A stretch of 64,000 nucleotides of DNA, from positions 9,238,001 through 9,302,000 of the forward strand of contig NC_091473.1 in NCBI RefSeq assembly GCF_036971445.1. The letters run 5' to 3'. The notes under the pieces were generated by a model. It saw nothing but the letters and a program-made list of their open reading frames with translations, was not told where the DNA came from and did not search any database. A program made the translations under genes and the position numbers. This stretch comes from Narcine bancroftii (Eukaryota). Shown here in pieces: positions 35,896-48,600 of this stretch; the stretch's first letter is position 1; each line of letters starts with the position of its first letter.

Positions 35896-36366
35896 ACGTT
35901 AATTCTTGATGGATCTTGGCCACAAACTACTATAGGTCACTGACCTATTAAAGGACATTCTTCAGTATGATGTGATTGAGTTATGGTCAGCTTTCTTTGA
36001 ACAGAAGATAGTTTTGAGTGTTTGGTTGAAATTTAAGCATTTTTTTCTACTGATTTACAGGAATACTCTTCCCTTAATGACTTGCTATTGAATCAAAATC
36101 TTTCTTGTTTGGGTGACGTTTTTGTACTTCAGCAGAAATATCTGCTGTCAAAAAACAGTTGTAAAACAAGACAGTTAACTCAGTGATATAAAACAAAGGA
36201 AAGCTCAAATTTATTGCATGGATTTTATTTGGCTGAATGGTAATTTTAGAAGTGTTTAGGAATCATTATTTGGTCATTTCAAATTAATTGTATAATTTGA
36301 ATGTCATCTCAAGGGTCACAAAACTTCTCTGCCTTCAACTCCTTTGCCTTAATCTTTCTCTTGTAG

Positions 36367-36654
36367 GTCTTGGCACTACTTCCTCGTCAGCTTCAGCAGC
36401 AGAAGTTGGTAGACGGACAAAGTTCCTTTTCACTGCAAAATCCAAAAACAAATGTGTCGGGTTGCCCAAGCGCCCAGGGCGGCCACCCAAAAATCGTGAA
36501 TTTCAGGTTCCACCAAATCAGAGTGGGAGCCCCCAGAATCCAACAGTGACACAAACTTTGACAAGGTCCAACCAGCCAAGGAAGCGAGGCCGTAGCCCCA
36601 GCACGAGCTCAGAAAGCGATAGCGACAAATCGGCTGGGGGCGACGCACACATAG
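36367..36654 (+). CDS. BRPF1: BRPF1 coding exon 7 (AT-hook-like KRPGRPPK)
   Basis: ttgtAG|GT CTT ... ATA G|GTaaag. Encodes [18 protein letters not shown]...[12 protein letters not shown]...SSESDSDKS. Confidence 0.92.
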
Positions 36655-37022
36655 GTAAAGAGGGTGCTTGTTTTCCGTTATTAAACATTTAAATTTCTGG
36701 GGATAATTGTTGTGGAGGGGGTAAAGTAGATTTAATGGTTTACAATGCTAAAGAACTCAAGTAGTCAGCCAAACGTTAAGCTGCATTCATAATCGAGAGC
36801 TGGAAGATCTATTCCAGTTGCTTCATTGGGACTTTCTTTTAACAGGAATTTCATGGGCAGTGCATGAACTGACTTCTGATTTCCAGTATGATGGATTTGT
36901 ATCTGGAGGCATAAAGTCTTGCCACAAGTCTTGCTCACCGGCAGTGAGCCACATAGTTCCTATGTAAAGTGTACTTGTGCTTATCTCAGCTTCTTCTAAG
37001 CCGAGCTCGCAGAGGAACTAAT

Positions 37023-37230
37023 AGCCTGAATGTACCTGGGATTGTCAGATCTCGGAAGCTAAGCAGGCTCAGGACTGGTCAGTACTTGGAGAGGTGACCT
37101 CCTTGGAACACTAGGTGCTGTAGGTTTCTGTGAGGGGCGCTGGACAAAGTGGCGACTCTCTGCCTGCCTTGTGGTAGACTAAAGTTAAAGAATTTCATGT
37201 ATGTTACATTCTAAATATAGTATTACAAAG
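37023..37230 (+). mobile_element. 5S rRNA-derived sequence (37023-37127) with a non-5S extension: SINE3-like element or 5S pseudogene
   Basis: gatctcggaagctaagcagg (box A), tggtcagtacttggagaggtgacc (box C-like) and ggtgctgtaggttt match the 5S rRNA body. The first ~15 nt are missing, there are many substitutions, and there is no T4 terminator. Confidence 0.8.
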
Positions 37231-37753
37231 CTACCAATAATTTGGTACCGTGATGTCACGGCCTGGTTATTAATTGATGAGTAGGGTATTGATATTTGAT
37301 AGATAATTGATATTATCTTGCTGAAAGTAAAAACTGAGATACAGAGACTGCATTCTTGAGCTAATAACGAGGATGCTTATATTTAATTGAGCAGAAAAGA
37401 CAGAAAAGGCGAGAAAATGATCTCCAGTGGCTTTTTTTCAAAAATGTAATCAAAAGAAAAGATTACCAAATCCTTCGTGCATAACTGTGAAATTTGTATA
37501 GTTCTTTTAGTGGCTCTTTTAAGTTGCACAATTTGAAGTGCAAAATATTTATTTTGCTTTGGTATTATGGGAACTGCTTTATGGAATCAGAGGTCAGTTT
37601 TGAAAATCTGCAGACACTGTCCTCATTCATTTACTTCCAAGATATATGGGTATTGCAAGATTATGTGAGTAACAAAGAGGCAAAAAGCCTCCAAAATATA
37701 AGTTGTGCATGGAAGCTGGTGGCAAATCTTTTCAATCTAGTTTGTGTTTTCAG

Positions 37754-37901
37754 GGTTGCCAACGAATGGATTTGATGGAGGCAGCCAACCTGTGAATGAA
37801 AGTTTCCGAGTCTACCGGAATGAACGAAGCTTGCCACGGAGCAGTTCTGACACCGAGTCCAGTTCCAGCACAAGTAGCAGCGCAGCTTCAGATCGTACCA
37901 G
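37754..37901 (+). CDS. BRPF1: BRPF1 coding exon 8
   Basis: tttcAG|GG TTG CCA ... ACC AG|GTaatt. Encodes [50 protein letters not shown]. Confidence 0.95.
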
Positions 37902-39212
37902 GTAATTGTAAACTTGTACATTTAGGCGCTGAAGTAATGGTTAACCCTGCAGCTCAGCACCTTGTCCTGCCACTTTGCACAAGTATGGAAGTGTTTCCCT
38001 CTCTACTCAGCACGAGCTGAAATTAAAGGGCACAACTGTTCCGCAGAAAAATAATTGTAATTATTATTCAAAGTAAGAGACTAAAACATTGTGTACATTT
38101 GTGAACCGCTCAGAAGAGATGCATCAGCAAAGTGCTTGTTGCAGTCAGGGTGTTCCTGACTTCACTTGCTTGTTGTCATGCAGTAATAAAGGATGTGCTG
38201 CAGGTCAGATGCCTGTGTGCATAACTCCCACTCCAATGATAGACTCGGCAATGAGTCCCAGGGCGAATATATTTGTTGTCTGCTCACTGGCGTCAATGGT
38301 GCTGAATGGAAAGGTATGTGTTTTGAGTATTTTTCCACTATGTAAATTAATTGTTTTAATGACAAAAGGCTCTACCTTGTAAAATGAGGTGTGGGTTTTC
38401 TCTCTGAGCATTGGGAGACTTCAGATTATCTTAAAGGGAGGTGGGGAAAAATAAAGTTTAAAAATTTTTAGGCAGACAATAGATGTCTGTGGATTCACCT
38501 TCTTCAGGTATATTGTGTCCTCTTTGATCCATTGGCAAACCTGAGCTCTCAGATCCGAACCTCCATTACAATCAGGAAGCCTTGAACTCCTGAGGTCCCT
38601 TGCAAATCCCAGTTCTGATACCAGATTCCCATAAGCCAGTCTCTAGTAGCCCGCAGCCGGGTGCGACTCCTTGGATTGCCTGCAGCCTGTGTGGGTCCTT
38701 CAGTGACTGGGCCCTTTGCTGGTCTACTTCTTCAGTCATCTTCCCTGCAGTGTCATCTCACTGGCTTCTCCTTCCTGTCAGACGTGTGTTCTCCCGCTTC
38801 TAGTGCTCTGCACTGGTCTGCCGATTCCCCGGAACCCCTCGTAGTCCGCAAAAAGTGGGTGCTGTCATCTTGGGGATGGACTTCTGTGGTTTCAGGGTGC
38901 ATTTAAAAAATAGAAAGGGTCCTTTAACAGGATGTGTAAAGCCTGTACGGGTCCTTCGGCATCACAAACAGGCGGTGGAGCTCTACAGAGGAGCACTGTG
39001 TCTCCGCTCCCTACTCTCGTGGATCCACACCAGTGGGAGCACTGCTGTTACACCAGCTCCGACGGTGCCACCGTTTGGCAGATTGAACATAAATTACAAG
39101 AACAGTGCTTGACTGTGCTACCAGGGAGTGCTAATTAAAGTGGAGTATGAATAAGTTTCAAGCTCTTTTGGCAGAAGCGTGTCCTAAAATGATCTTTTAT
39201 TTCTTGTCCCAG

Positions 39213-39346
39213 CACAACTCCTTCGAAGCAGGGTCGAGGGAAACCTTCATTTTCCCGAGTGAATTTTCACGAGGATAGCAGTGAGGACACTTCCTGTACA
39301 GAGAATGAATCCTATCCAATTGGATCGGGCAGGCATGCACATGGTG
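39213..39346 (+). CDS. BRPF1: BRPF1 coding exon 9
   Basis: cccAG|C ACA ACT ... GGT G|GTgagt. Encodes [34 protein letters not shown]. Confidence 0.95.
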
Positions 39347-40585
39347 GTGAGTCCACTTTTGGCGGGGGTTAAAAAGATTTACCATTTGTCACTTAAGTTC
39401 TAAAACATTTTTTTTCTGTCAAGTTATAAACACAAACGATGCTGCCAAGCAAGGAAGATTAAAGTTTTTTCTGAACGAGGTAGGTGAAGAGGTAACAAAG
39501 TAAAAATGTTGTGTTCTAGCAGGTCTGACAACCACAGTAGCACTTTTAGTAGCAGAATACATGAAAACAAGGCATGTATGTGCACATAGAGTCCGTATAC
39601 TGACTGTGTAATATATTGTGTGGTGTATATTAAATGTGTTGCATGGTTTCTTATTATGTATCGCAATGAGATGTAAGGAAAACAATAATTTTTACAGAAG
39701 AAACATTGTAAGAACAGAGAATTTATTTTGAGGCCCGAACATAACCACAGGACAACAAATTTTAGAAGCAATCACCAGAACATGTAGAACGACATTGTGG
39801 GAAGATACCTTCAGAGTATCTGCAGCCACAAAGTGAACATATTTTTTCTCTTCAGAGCTTGTGATGGACCTGATTTCTGTTTCCAGCGATTTTCATTCTT
39901 GGAACTTTTAACAATAGCAGTTTTTCTTCTTCTACATATACATGGTGAATATTTGGGTGAATTAGTTTATTGGATATTTACTTTATGGGCTCAATCTGAC
40001 CTGATTTTGTTCCTCCCTTATAATGCAGAATATATCAGAAAACTTGTTGCTGCGGGCAGTTCCATCAGTGTCTTATCAGCTGAAGCAAGCAAGTCAAATA
40101 TTACAGGGAAAGATTGGGATGTTTCTCCATTCTCCATTGGATTTGTAGCTTCTTCTCTCACACTGTATAAAAATTTTCAAGTTCCATGCAAAATTTTTCT
40201 TTTGTAGATCTTATCTGGACTCTCATTGTGGGTTTAATTTGGTGTTCCTGGAAAAGTAGCTCAACAGCTTTATTTTGAGTTGTGGAAAAGATCCAACACG
40301 ATTTTTATGCAAGGAATCTCCAGCTCATGATTTATATTTTCAGAAATTATTTCCATCTAATGTACTAAACCAGTGACTTCATTCAAAATAGCTCTTCTGC
40401 ATGTGGATGTGAGGACATGTGCCACTTAGAATTTAGCTAAACAATCTATTTTTACGTAAAGGAAAAAAAACGAATGCTTTACAAATTTCTATTGAATTTT
40501 GATGGGATTTCTGCTACTTGATGTAGTTGCACAAAGAATGAAATGTTTATAAAATCTTCACTGCTAAATCTTTTTTTTAAAACAG

Positions 40586-40701
40586 TGCGCAAAGGATTGA
40601 GCAGGTCTGCAGGTTGGATGTCAGATGACGAGGATAGTCCTTTGGAGTCACTGGATTTGGTCTGGGCAAAGTGCAGGGGATACCCATCCTATCCAGCTCT
40701 G
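40586..40701 (+). CDS. BRPF1: BRPF1 coding exon 10 (PWWP start)
   Basis: aacAG|TG CGC ... GCT CTG|GTatgt. Encodes [39 protein letters not shown]. Confidence 0.95.
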
Positions 40702-41097
40702 GTATGTCCTTTAACTGGGAGTAAAGGAGAGAGCAATGACGAACAAGATCATTATCTCTAAGCTGCATTTTGATGTTTATCTACCACTTGAAGCTTTCGA
40801 TTATTGATATTTCAGTTACAGATTTATTTAATGCAAATAGTAAGACATATTTTCTTTAAGATTTTTTTATTGAAAAAAACCCAGTTTCTAATATTGTGAG
40901 CTAATCTTTTTCAATTCAGATGCAATTGATCCAGTAATTATTATTTAACAGTATGACAGAATGTATTCTATTTTCTTTCCTATTGATCCAGATGAGAATT
41001 AAATGTAATTGTAATGGGTGTTTTGTGCTCAGTTCGATATTGCTGCATTGGTATTGCTGAATAGCAATTTCATACTTATGTAAAAATCAACCAAGTT

Positions 41098-41295
41098 CAG
41101 ATGCTGGAATCCTGAAATAAAACAAAACAGAAAATGCTGAAAATTGACAGCCAGTCATGCAGCTCTTGTGGAAAGGGAAACAGAACAGACATAACCAGTT
41201 TGACAAGGGAGTCTTCAACCTGAAATGTTTACACTATTTCTCTTTACACAGATGCTGCCTGACTTGCTGAATGCTTCCAGCATTTTCTGTTTTTC
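41098..41295. repeat. Fold-back Penelope-end-derived element
   Basis: cagatgctggaatc...aaacagaaaatgctg / cagcattttctgttt inverted arms. Confidence 0.65.
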
Positions 41296-41342
41296 TCCCA
41301 TGTTTGTATTGAATGACAAACTTAAAACTAAAATGCACTGTC

Positions 41343-41530
41343 AAGGCCGCAGCCGGCTGTGGAGGCCAGGTCATTGGGTGTATTTAAAGCAGAGATTGAT
41401 AGGTCCTTGATGAGCCAGGGCATCAGAGGTTATGGGGAGAAGGCCGGCAATGGGGCCGAGCGGGAAAATGGTTCAGCTCATGATTGAATGGCGGGGCAGA
41501 CTCGATGGGCTGAATCGTATGGTCTTATGG
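41343..41530 (+). mobile_element. CR1-clade LINE 3' end (HER1-like tail)
   Basis: ttaaagcagagattgatagg...atgattgaatggcggggcagactcgatgggctgaat...tatggtcttatgg is a typical CR1 3' UTR. Confidence 0.75.
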
Positions 41531-42379
41531 GGTGACCTTCAAAACATTTAGATTTGTAGGTGCAGAAGATAAAGTTATAAAGATATATTTTGGATTGAAC
41601 TAATACCATTATTGTCCAAGTCGGAGAGTATCCATTTTGCAAATTTGTTACTCCTTTTCACAATGCTGGGGCTCAGAGCAAGTAGTTGATTGTCCAATAA
41701 CTAAAGTCGATTTACTGAGGAAACACAGTTTGTTCAAAATGCAGAGAAAACAGAACTTGAATGTAGAACTTTGCCAGAAGAAGAATAATAGATTGTTACA
41801 CACAAATCAATCCCATTCTGTTATTTTTATGTGGTCACTAGTCTTAATTGACCATGGGATTACCCAATAATCCTCACTGTCTGGGAATAGTGTTATTATA
41901 TAATATAACATGGAAATTGGGCTTTATCTATTCTGTGCAATTTGCAATTTTGTGAGACTAGAATATTAAGTTTCATTTATAAGATCAATTTTAGTCAAAA
42001 CTTCAGGGAAAATAATTCAGGTTAACCATGCTGGAATTCATTGGCACCAATTTTTTTTTTGCCTCACTTTCGTGCTGATTCTTGGCCCTTGAATGTTTTA
42101 CCAACTTGAATTAAATCGTTCCAAAGATGCCCAGGATTCCTGCTTAAAAAAAGTGGTAGATAAACCTCAGTAGAACCTAGCCTCAAATAACATGAAACTT
42201 TAATTACAAATAATTCCGGAAGGGTATGCTTCAAATCCACTTAAGTAACATTAGATACACCACCTGGAAGAAACATATATAATTGCTAAAAATGACCATT
42301 TTATTCACTAAAATCTAATAATTTTGAACTTACTAAAAATACCCCAACCGTAAAATTAATTGATAACAAGTGGAATATA

Positions 42380-42869
42380 CAGTAAAGGTCCAAAAATAGA
42401 AATGCCAGAAATCCAGATGACCCAAGAATCCGGACTTTTCAAAAACTCTCAAACCTTTTAAATTTAGTGGGCTTTTGCGTGCAGGCATAAGTGCCACAGA
42501 TGTAGAGGCAACAAGCGGCCATGCTTGATACAGGTAATCTTGTCATAAAGAAATTCATTTGTACACTATATTTTTATTTTACAATGTTTATTTTTAAACA
42601 TAATTTTAAGCATTACATAATTTTTTTGTGGTGAAAAAGATGTTGTTTACATTTTTGTCAAGTGTTAACTTTATTTTTCTTTAAAGCCGCTTGTTTTAAT
42701 AAATGAGGCACGCTGTATTGGCTGATGAATAAACTCTCAAAATTTACCTGTTCATCTCTTTATTCCTCCTTAAATTTGAATTTTAAAAGTACTGCCCGAG
42801 AATCTGGAAGATCTGAAAATCCAGACCGACCTAATCCCCGAGCAGTCCGGATATTTAGGACTTTTACTG
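42380..42869. mobile_element. Tigger/pogo-like MITE
   Basis: TA|CAGTAAAGGTCCAAAAAT / ATATTTAGGACTTTTACTG inverted ends, with subterminal aatccgga repeats. Confidence 0.7.
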
Positions 42870-43042
42870 AATGTTTATTTGTCTCAATTGAATTTACTAC
42901 AATGGGATTACAACGTTCAAATTGCACCATTTGGTTGCTGATGAGGGAAGTGAATTGTTTCAAATCTTTTGATATAGAAAAATGCACAGGTTCTCAGGAT
43001 TGTGTTAAATAATATTCCATTGTGCCTATATTTTTTCTGCAG

Positions 43043-43197
43043 ATAATTGATCCAAAGATGCCTCGGGAAGGATTGTACCATCATGGTGTTCCAATTCCTG
43101 TTCCACCACTGGATGTGCTCAAACTTGGAGAACAAATGACTGTGGAAGCACGGGAGCATCTCTACCTCGTACTTTTCTTTGACAACAAGAGAACCTG
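43043..43197 (+). CDS. BRPF1: BRPF1 coding exon 11 (PWWP)
   Basis: ctgcAG|ATA ATT GAT ... ACC TG|GTaaac. Encodes [52 protein letters not shown]. Confidence 0.96.
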
Positions 43198-43519
43198 GTA
43201 AACTGACTGAGCTGTTCATTCTGGTTTACATCATGTGAATTGAACCACGTTAGCTTGAAATAGTGTAGAATCATCCCCCTTGGAAAAAAAATGTTTTCGG
43301 TCACTCATAGACCTTTGCGAGAATAAAGACATTCAGTAGAATCTCTGTCTTCGTTTGTGCACAGATTGCCTGCGGGATTTCTTGCTTGCTTTACAATTTG
43401 GAAGTACTCAACAGCTTCCAAATACTTTGCAGCTTCCTAGAACAGGTGTGAAGGACTCTGTAAATATTGCAAGTCATTTAAACATACAGTTTTAAGATTT
43501 TCTTTCTCTTGAGCCTCAG

Positions 43520-44995
43520 AATATCTGTGTAGGGATTCTTCTGGGCAGTGTCGTGGGCCCAACCATCTTCAGCTGCTTTCTCCATGAGCTTCCATCATAA
43601 GATCAAAACTCCTCAGCAAATGAAATAGCCCATACCTGCTTAGTAGTAGTTTATTTATAGAGCGTGTTGATCCAAAGCGCTAAACATACAATTAGGAATA
43701 AATTCATAACTAACTAAATGACGACGGACAGCCAAAATACACCAGCGCAGCCATTTTTTTTTTACATAGACTATACAACTTAGAACATTAATTTTTAAAC
43801 CCTAACCCGTCCCTCCCGATCGCAGTAATGAACAACTTCCCAATTTCAAATGAACAACAGTGCGACAAACACCAAACTTCAAAGAACAAGCAGTGAACAC
43901 AAATAAGCCCAGTCGCAATTCCATGTAGATGTTACAAAAAGCCTAGTCAACAATCAGGCATGGGCTGACAAGTGAAAGTAACATATTGGCACTGCAAAAG
44001 TGCTAGGCAATGACCATAGGAGTTGAACCACAAGCAGTGAACACAAATAAGCCCAGTCGCAATTCCATGTAGATGTTACAAAAAGCCTAGTCAACAATCA
44101 GGCATGGGCTGACAAGTGAAAGTAACATATTGGCACTGCAAAAGTGCTAGGCAATGACCATAGGAGTTGAACCACCTACCCTTTACATTTGACGGCATTA
44201 CTGTGTTGCCTACCTTCAAAATCCTTGGGGGTTGGGGGTGGGGGAGGTTGTCACCATTAGCCAGAAATTCAACAAGACTAGTGATGTTAAAACTGTGACT
44301 GCAAAAGCAGATCAAAGACTTGGAAATTTGCAGTTATTAACTCATGCTCCTGGCATATGTACAAGGCATGTCAGGAATGTGATTGAATATTTTCCCCTTG
44401 CCTGGATTAGTGCAGCTCCAGCAATTCAGAAGGAGCTCGCCATCATCCAAGATAAAGTCGTTCACTTGATTGGCACCCCATCCACCACATTCATACCCTC
44501 CATGACCACTGCACTGTAACTCAGTGAGCATCATCTTAAAAAAAAAAGTACATTGTCTAAAAAAAATATGCATTGTTGTTAGATGCCCAGTTCTACTCTC
44601 ATAGCACCTCAAACCAACAATGACCTCACCACCAAGACAGACGAGGGCAGCAGGTGCATGGGATCATCACTGCCTGAAGGTCTCCCTCTACGTCGTACGC
44701 CAGTCTGATTTGGAAATGCATTGCCGGTTCTTCAGGGTTGCTGGATCTAAATCCCTACCAACAGTAGAATGGGGGCACCATTACCAGTAGCACTCTTCTT
44801 CTTTGGCTTGGCTTCGCGGACGAAGATTTATGGAGGGGTAATGTCCACGTCAGCTGGAGGCTCGTTTGTGGCTGACAAGTCGGATATTCCAGTAGTATTC
44901 CAGTAGTACTGCAATGTTTCAATAAACATACTGTTCATCACCTTCTTCAAAATAGATAGGGATGGGCAATAAATGCAGACCTAGCCAACAAAGCC
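43520..44995 (+). mobile_element. Old CR1-like LINE fragment with nested inserts (L2-like 3' end ~43642-43940 minus; short RTE tail 44797-44885 minus)
   Basis: GSVVGPTIFSCF RT motif at ~43543. Minus-strand gcgctttggatcaacacgctctataaataaac(tac)n tail. RTE tail ttggcttggcttcgcggacg. Confidence 0.6.
43887..44174 (+). repeat. Perfect tandem duplication, 2 x 144 bp
   Basis: caagcagtgaacac...ggagttgaacca at 43887-44030 and 44031-44174. Confidence 0.95.
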
Positions 44996-45483
44996 CTCAT
45001 CCCAATAGTGAATTAAAAAAAGTTAAAAGCCTCACAATGGTAACTTGAGAACTTAAATACTTTTTAAAGCTGCAAATAAAAGACTGATTAGTGGCAATTG
45101 AACTCTTGGGTTTTCTTGTCTGACTTGTTCAACCTTTTTTTTACTTGAGGAGAAAAATGTCTTTATTTGCCCTGGTCCATGTGTATCCAATCCCATGCCA
45201 TTATGATTGACTCCAAATTGTCATCTGAAGGGTCTCATTTGATTGTATCAAATTGCTGTATAATGCTTCAGAAACATTCTTAGACCAATAAGGAATGCCT
45301 GATAAGTTCTGGCCTTGCCATGGATGTCCTCATGTCTGCAATTATTTAAAATGAAAGCGAATGAAAAATGTGTCTGGTGGATGCAGAGGGGAAAACGAAT
45401 GAAGGAAGTAAAAGAGAGCAATGTTGAAGGATGTCTGCCGTGTACAATTACATGACATTCAGTGTTTATTTCTAATTAATCAG

Positions 45484-45667
45484 GCAGTGGCTCCCTCGAA
45501 CAAAACTTGTTCCTCTTGGTGTGGACCAGACGCTGGATAAAATGAAGATGATGGAGGGGAGGAAGTCAAACATCAGGAAATCGGTGCAGATTGCATATCA
45601 TCGTGCTATGCAGCATCGTAGCAAGGTGCAGGGCGAACAGAGCAGCGATTCCAGTGATACTGACTGA
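45484..45667 (+). CDS. BRPF1: BRPF1 last coding exon
   Basis: atcAG|G CAG TGG. Encodes [60 protein letters not shown]. The 12 exons total 3606 nt = 1201 aa plus stop, with all splice phases consistent. Confidence 0.96.
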
Positions 45668-48600
45668 CCATTAGAAATGTCTTTTTATTAATGTTTTTGT
45701 TTAAATAAAAATGGACCTGCAGCTCAGTGATCTGAGAGTAAAATGCAGAAGACAGCACCGTCTCAAAGCACTGAATTTTAAACCATAAAAGTACGGAGCA
45801 GAGACAGAACAGTGCTGGCCGCTAGACACGAGCTGATGGACAGCTGAGGGTTCAGAAAACGGGAAGCAGAGCAGCTATTACTGGCAATACTAAATTGCGT
45901 TAAGCAGGAGTCACACCATTCTTTAAAAGACCTAATTAAAACAAGAGGCCGAGTCATCAGACCTGGCTAAACAGATCTCGTTTTTTTAATTATATAAAGA
46001 GGGTGCAATCAGATGTCACGAAATTCATTTTAATTAAATTCAGAGCAGAAAATAAGCAATATCGTGCATTGGATACTGTGAAGCCATGGATTGCCTTAAC
46101 TCGTTTACTTAGAATTATGAATAGGTGATACCATTATGTCCGTGACTCCTGGATAAAATCAATTTGATGTGATATCGGCATTTAGCTAAAGAAAACTGTG
46201 GGGATGAGATTATTTTCAGAGCTTGAAGTCCTCTTTTGCATTACTTGTTCATAATTTCCAATTAAGAACCATATTCTCTGCCAATCCAGGTGACCTAAAC
46301 ATGAGAATAGAGAACTCTGACCAGAGGGTGTATAAAATTTACAAACTTTCCATTTTAGTCTGATGGAAAGAAAATCAACTAAAATGCACGAGCTCATTAT
46401 GGAAATCAGTTCCATTTTAAAATGCATAAAATCAACTGTTTTTTTAAATTCTGCTGCTAAATATCATAACTTCAATCCATACTTGTGTAATATATACACT
46501 GTAATTTTTTCACAATACTTCCATCTATAAATTTGCTCAAAGCTTCATATTGCCATAGCCCTGAAATTACACCTTCATTGCCTTCACATTGGAAGTTGCA
46601 TACATTTATTGTCAACCCTGTGCTTTGTGCACCCAGATCAAGCCTTGTCTGTAAAGTTGCAGGCTAGGTTGGTGCTACAAGTTAATAATAGAACTTTCCC
46701 ACTCTCTCCTGCTTATCAATTTTGTTACCATTCGGTTTGAATTTTGCTGTCAGTTCTTTCTAAATTGCTGGACAAAAGTGCTTCAATTGATAGAGCAGTA
46801 TGTCTGAGAGTCAGTAATCAGAGCTTTACAGAATGTATTTTCACAATCCTGGTTTATAAATAATTTGCACAAGTGTGTGGGGTTAAATTGGGCATTGCTG
46901 CTTTGCTGCTCAAGGTTATGAAGGGTGAGTTGACAGAATTGAAAAAGAAGCTCAGAGAGAGCACCTTAATTAATATGGATAATTAACTGTTTGAAGGTGC
47001 CATCTATAAATTACATAGGATATTGAATTACGTATATAATATTGTACTCAATTACCTCTTGTTCTCGGTTGGATCTAAAGACTGTCGAGAGTTTGGCAGT
47101 TTTATTAAATTTGTACCTTTCTGTGTCATTGCCAGAGTTTAACAATGATTTAAAGGATGCAGAAAGACACTTTCTCTAATGTCTGTATCCTCTTGCCTTA
47201 TGTGGATTTATTTTTAAAACTGTTCATGGCACAGCAATGTACAATTAATTTTTTTGGTTCAGTTTCTCTAATAATTTTGCAGGTAATTTGCAATTGCTTT
47301 CTTGCGTAAATGGGCACCGCATTTCTTTATAGGTGAGTGATTTAAGGGCACTCAAGTGTTGACATCGATTGTATTTGTATAAGTGCAAGGAACACAGATT
47401 TTGCATTCAAATTTGAAGCAACCTGTGGCTGAGGGTGGTCTGAGTAGTTAAATTTATTTAGAAATCCAAAGGAATGGTATACATTGTGAATCAGCTATAA
47501 TCCCCTGCTCCTACTTAAAACTCAATCATTGAGTTCTGTAGACAAGTTGCATACTTGTTATTTTAAACGGGTATCTGCAATTGAATGGGGACACTTCTCA
47601 GAAGGAATGTGTGCAATGAGTATGTGTGTGTTCCTGGGAAGGGGAGAAATACAAAATATTATGACCCACCAACCCCATGAAAGTGGAACAAAATATTTTG
47701 TTATTGGGGTCTCTTCGTTGGCTTTGTGGCAATTAAATTCCCAGTGTGCTGATTTCAGGATGCTTGGAATAGTTAGTGGCACTATTGAATGGAAGGGTTT
47801 CTGTTTTTGCTCACGATCCCTCGGTCAGCCTCGAGCACCCTAACCCCTCTTGCTCTTGATCTGATCTTCACTTCTGGAAACGCATGTGTTGAATGTGACT
47901 CTATTCTTTTGTAGTAGTCTCCGTTGGATACTCTGGTCTTCTACTTAAAAAATAATTACTTCCAGTGCTGATGGTCTCTGAGGAAATCTACCCAGCTGTA
48001 AGGGAAAGTAGTTTGAATAAAATCTGTTCTGAGAGAAGATATTCCCTTTCTGTCTCTTAGAAAACAGCTCGACAACTAGATAAGGACGTAGCTCAACAGG
48101 GTGTTACTGTTGGCAGGTTTTATTACTTTTCCTCGTCGTGCATGTTGGTCTTAAAACAATTGAAAACATCAGCTCTTGCTACTATCCCTTTTCTAGTCTT
48201 CATTATACTTCTATTTATCACATTGAAATACTTGAAGCACTTCATGCAATGCTTTTTTTAAAAAATCAAAGTACGATTACGTTATCAGGAAACATGCCAG
48301 TAAGACTGGGAACAATTCTGTTCTCCATTCACTTGATAAACTCCAGTATCTGTTCTTCGAGGGGAGATGTTTGAAGTTTGTTGTTCCAGTTTCTATCGAG
48401 GTACAACTTTAGTTGAAAGACATTACATTCCTCCTCCCAGTTTATCATCATTACCATTTGAACACTTTGAAAGTGTTCACTCTTTTAAGAGTTCTTTCAC
48501 AGAATCACTGATCATAGAGTGACTGGCTTTTTAACTTTAGTTTGTGTTGAAAGCAAATGTTTTCAAGGAATAAAATTCATGAAATATAAGCCCCTAGACA

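Noticed and set aside
37023-37127. Functional 5S rRNA gene
   Set aside because: 5' end missing, many substitutions including box C, no T4 terminator, not in a tandem array.
38490-39135. GC/CpG-richer intronic block with several short ORFs as a nested gene
   Set aside because: No recognisable protein or consistent splice pattern. Probably an unclassified repeat fragment whose ends I could not define.
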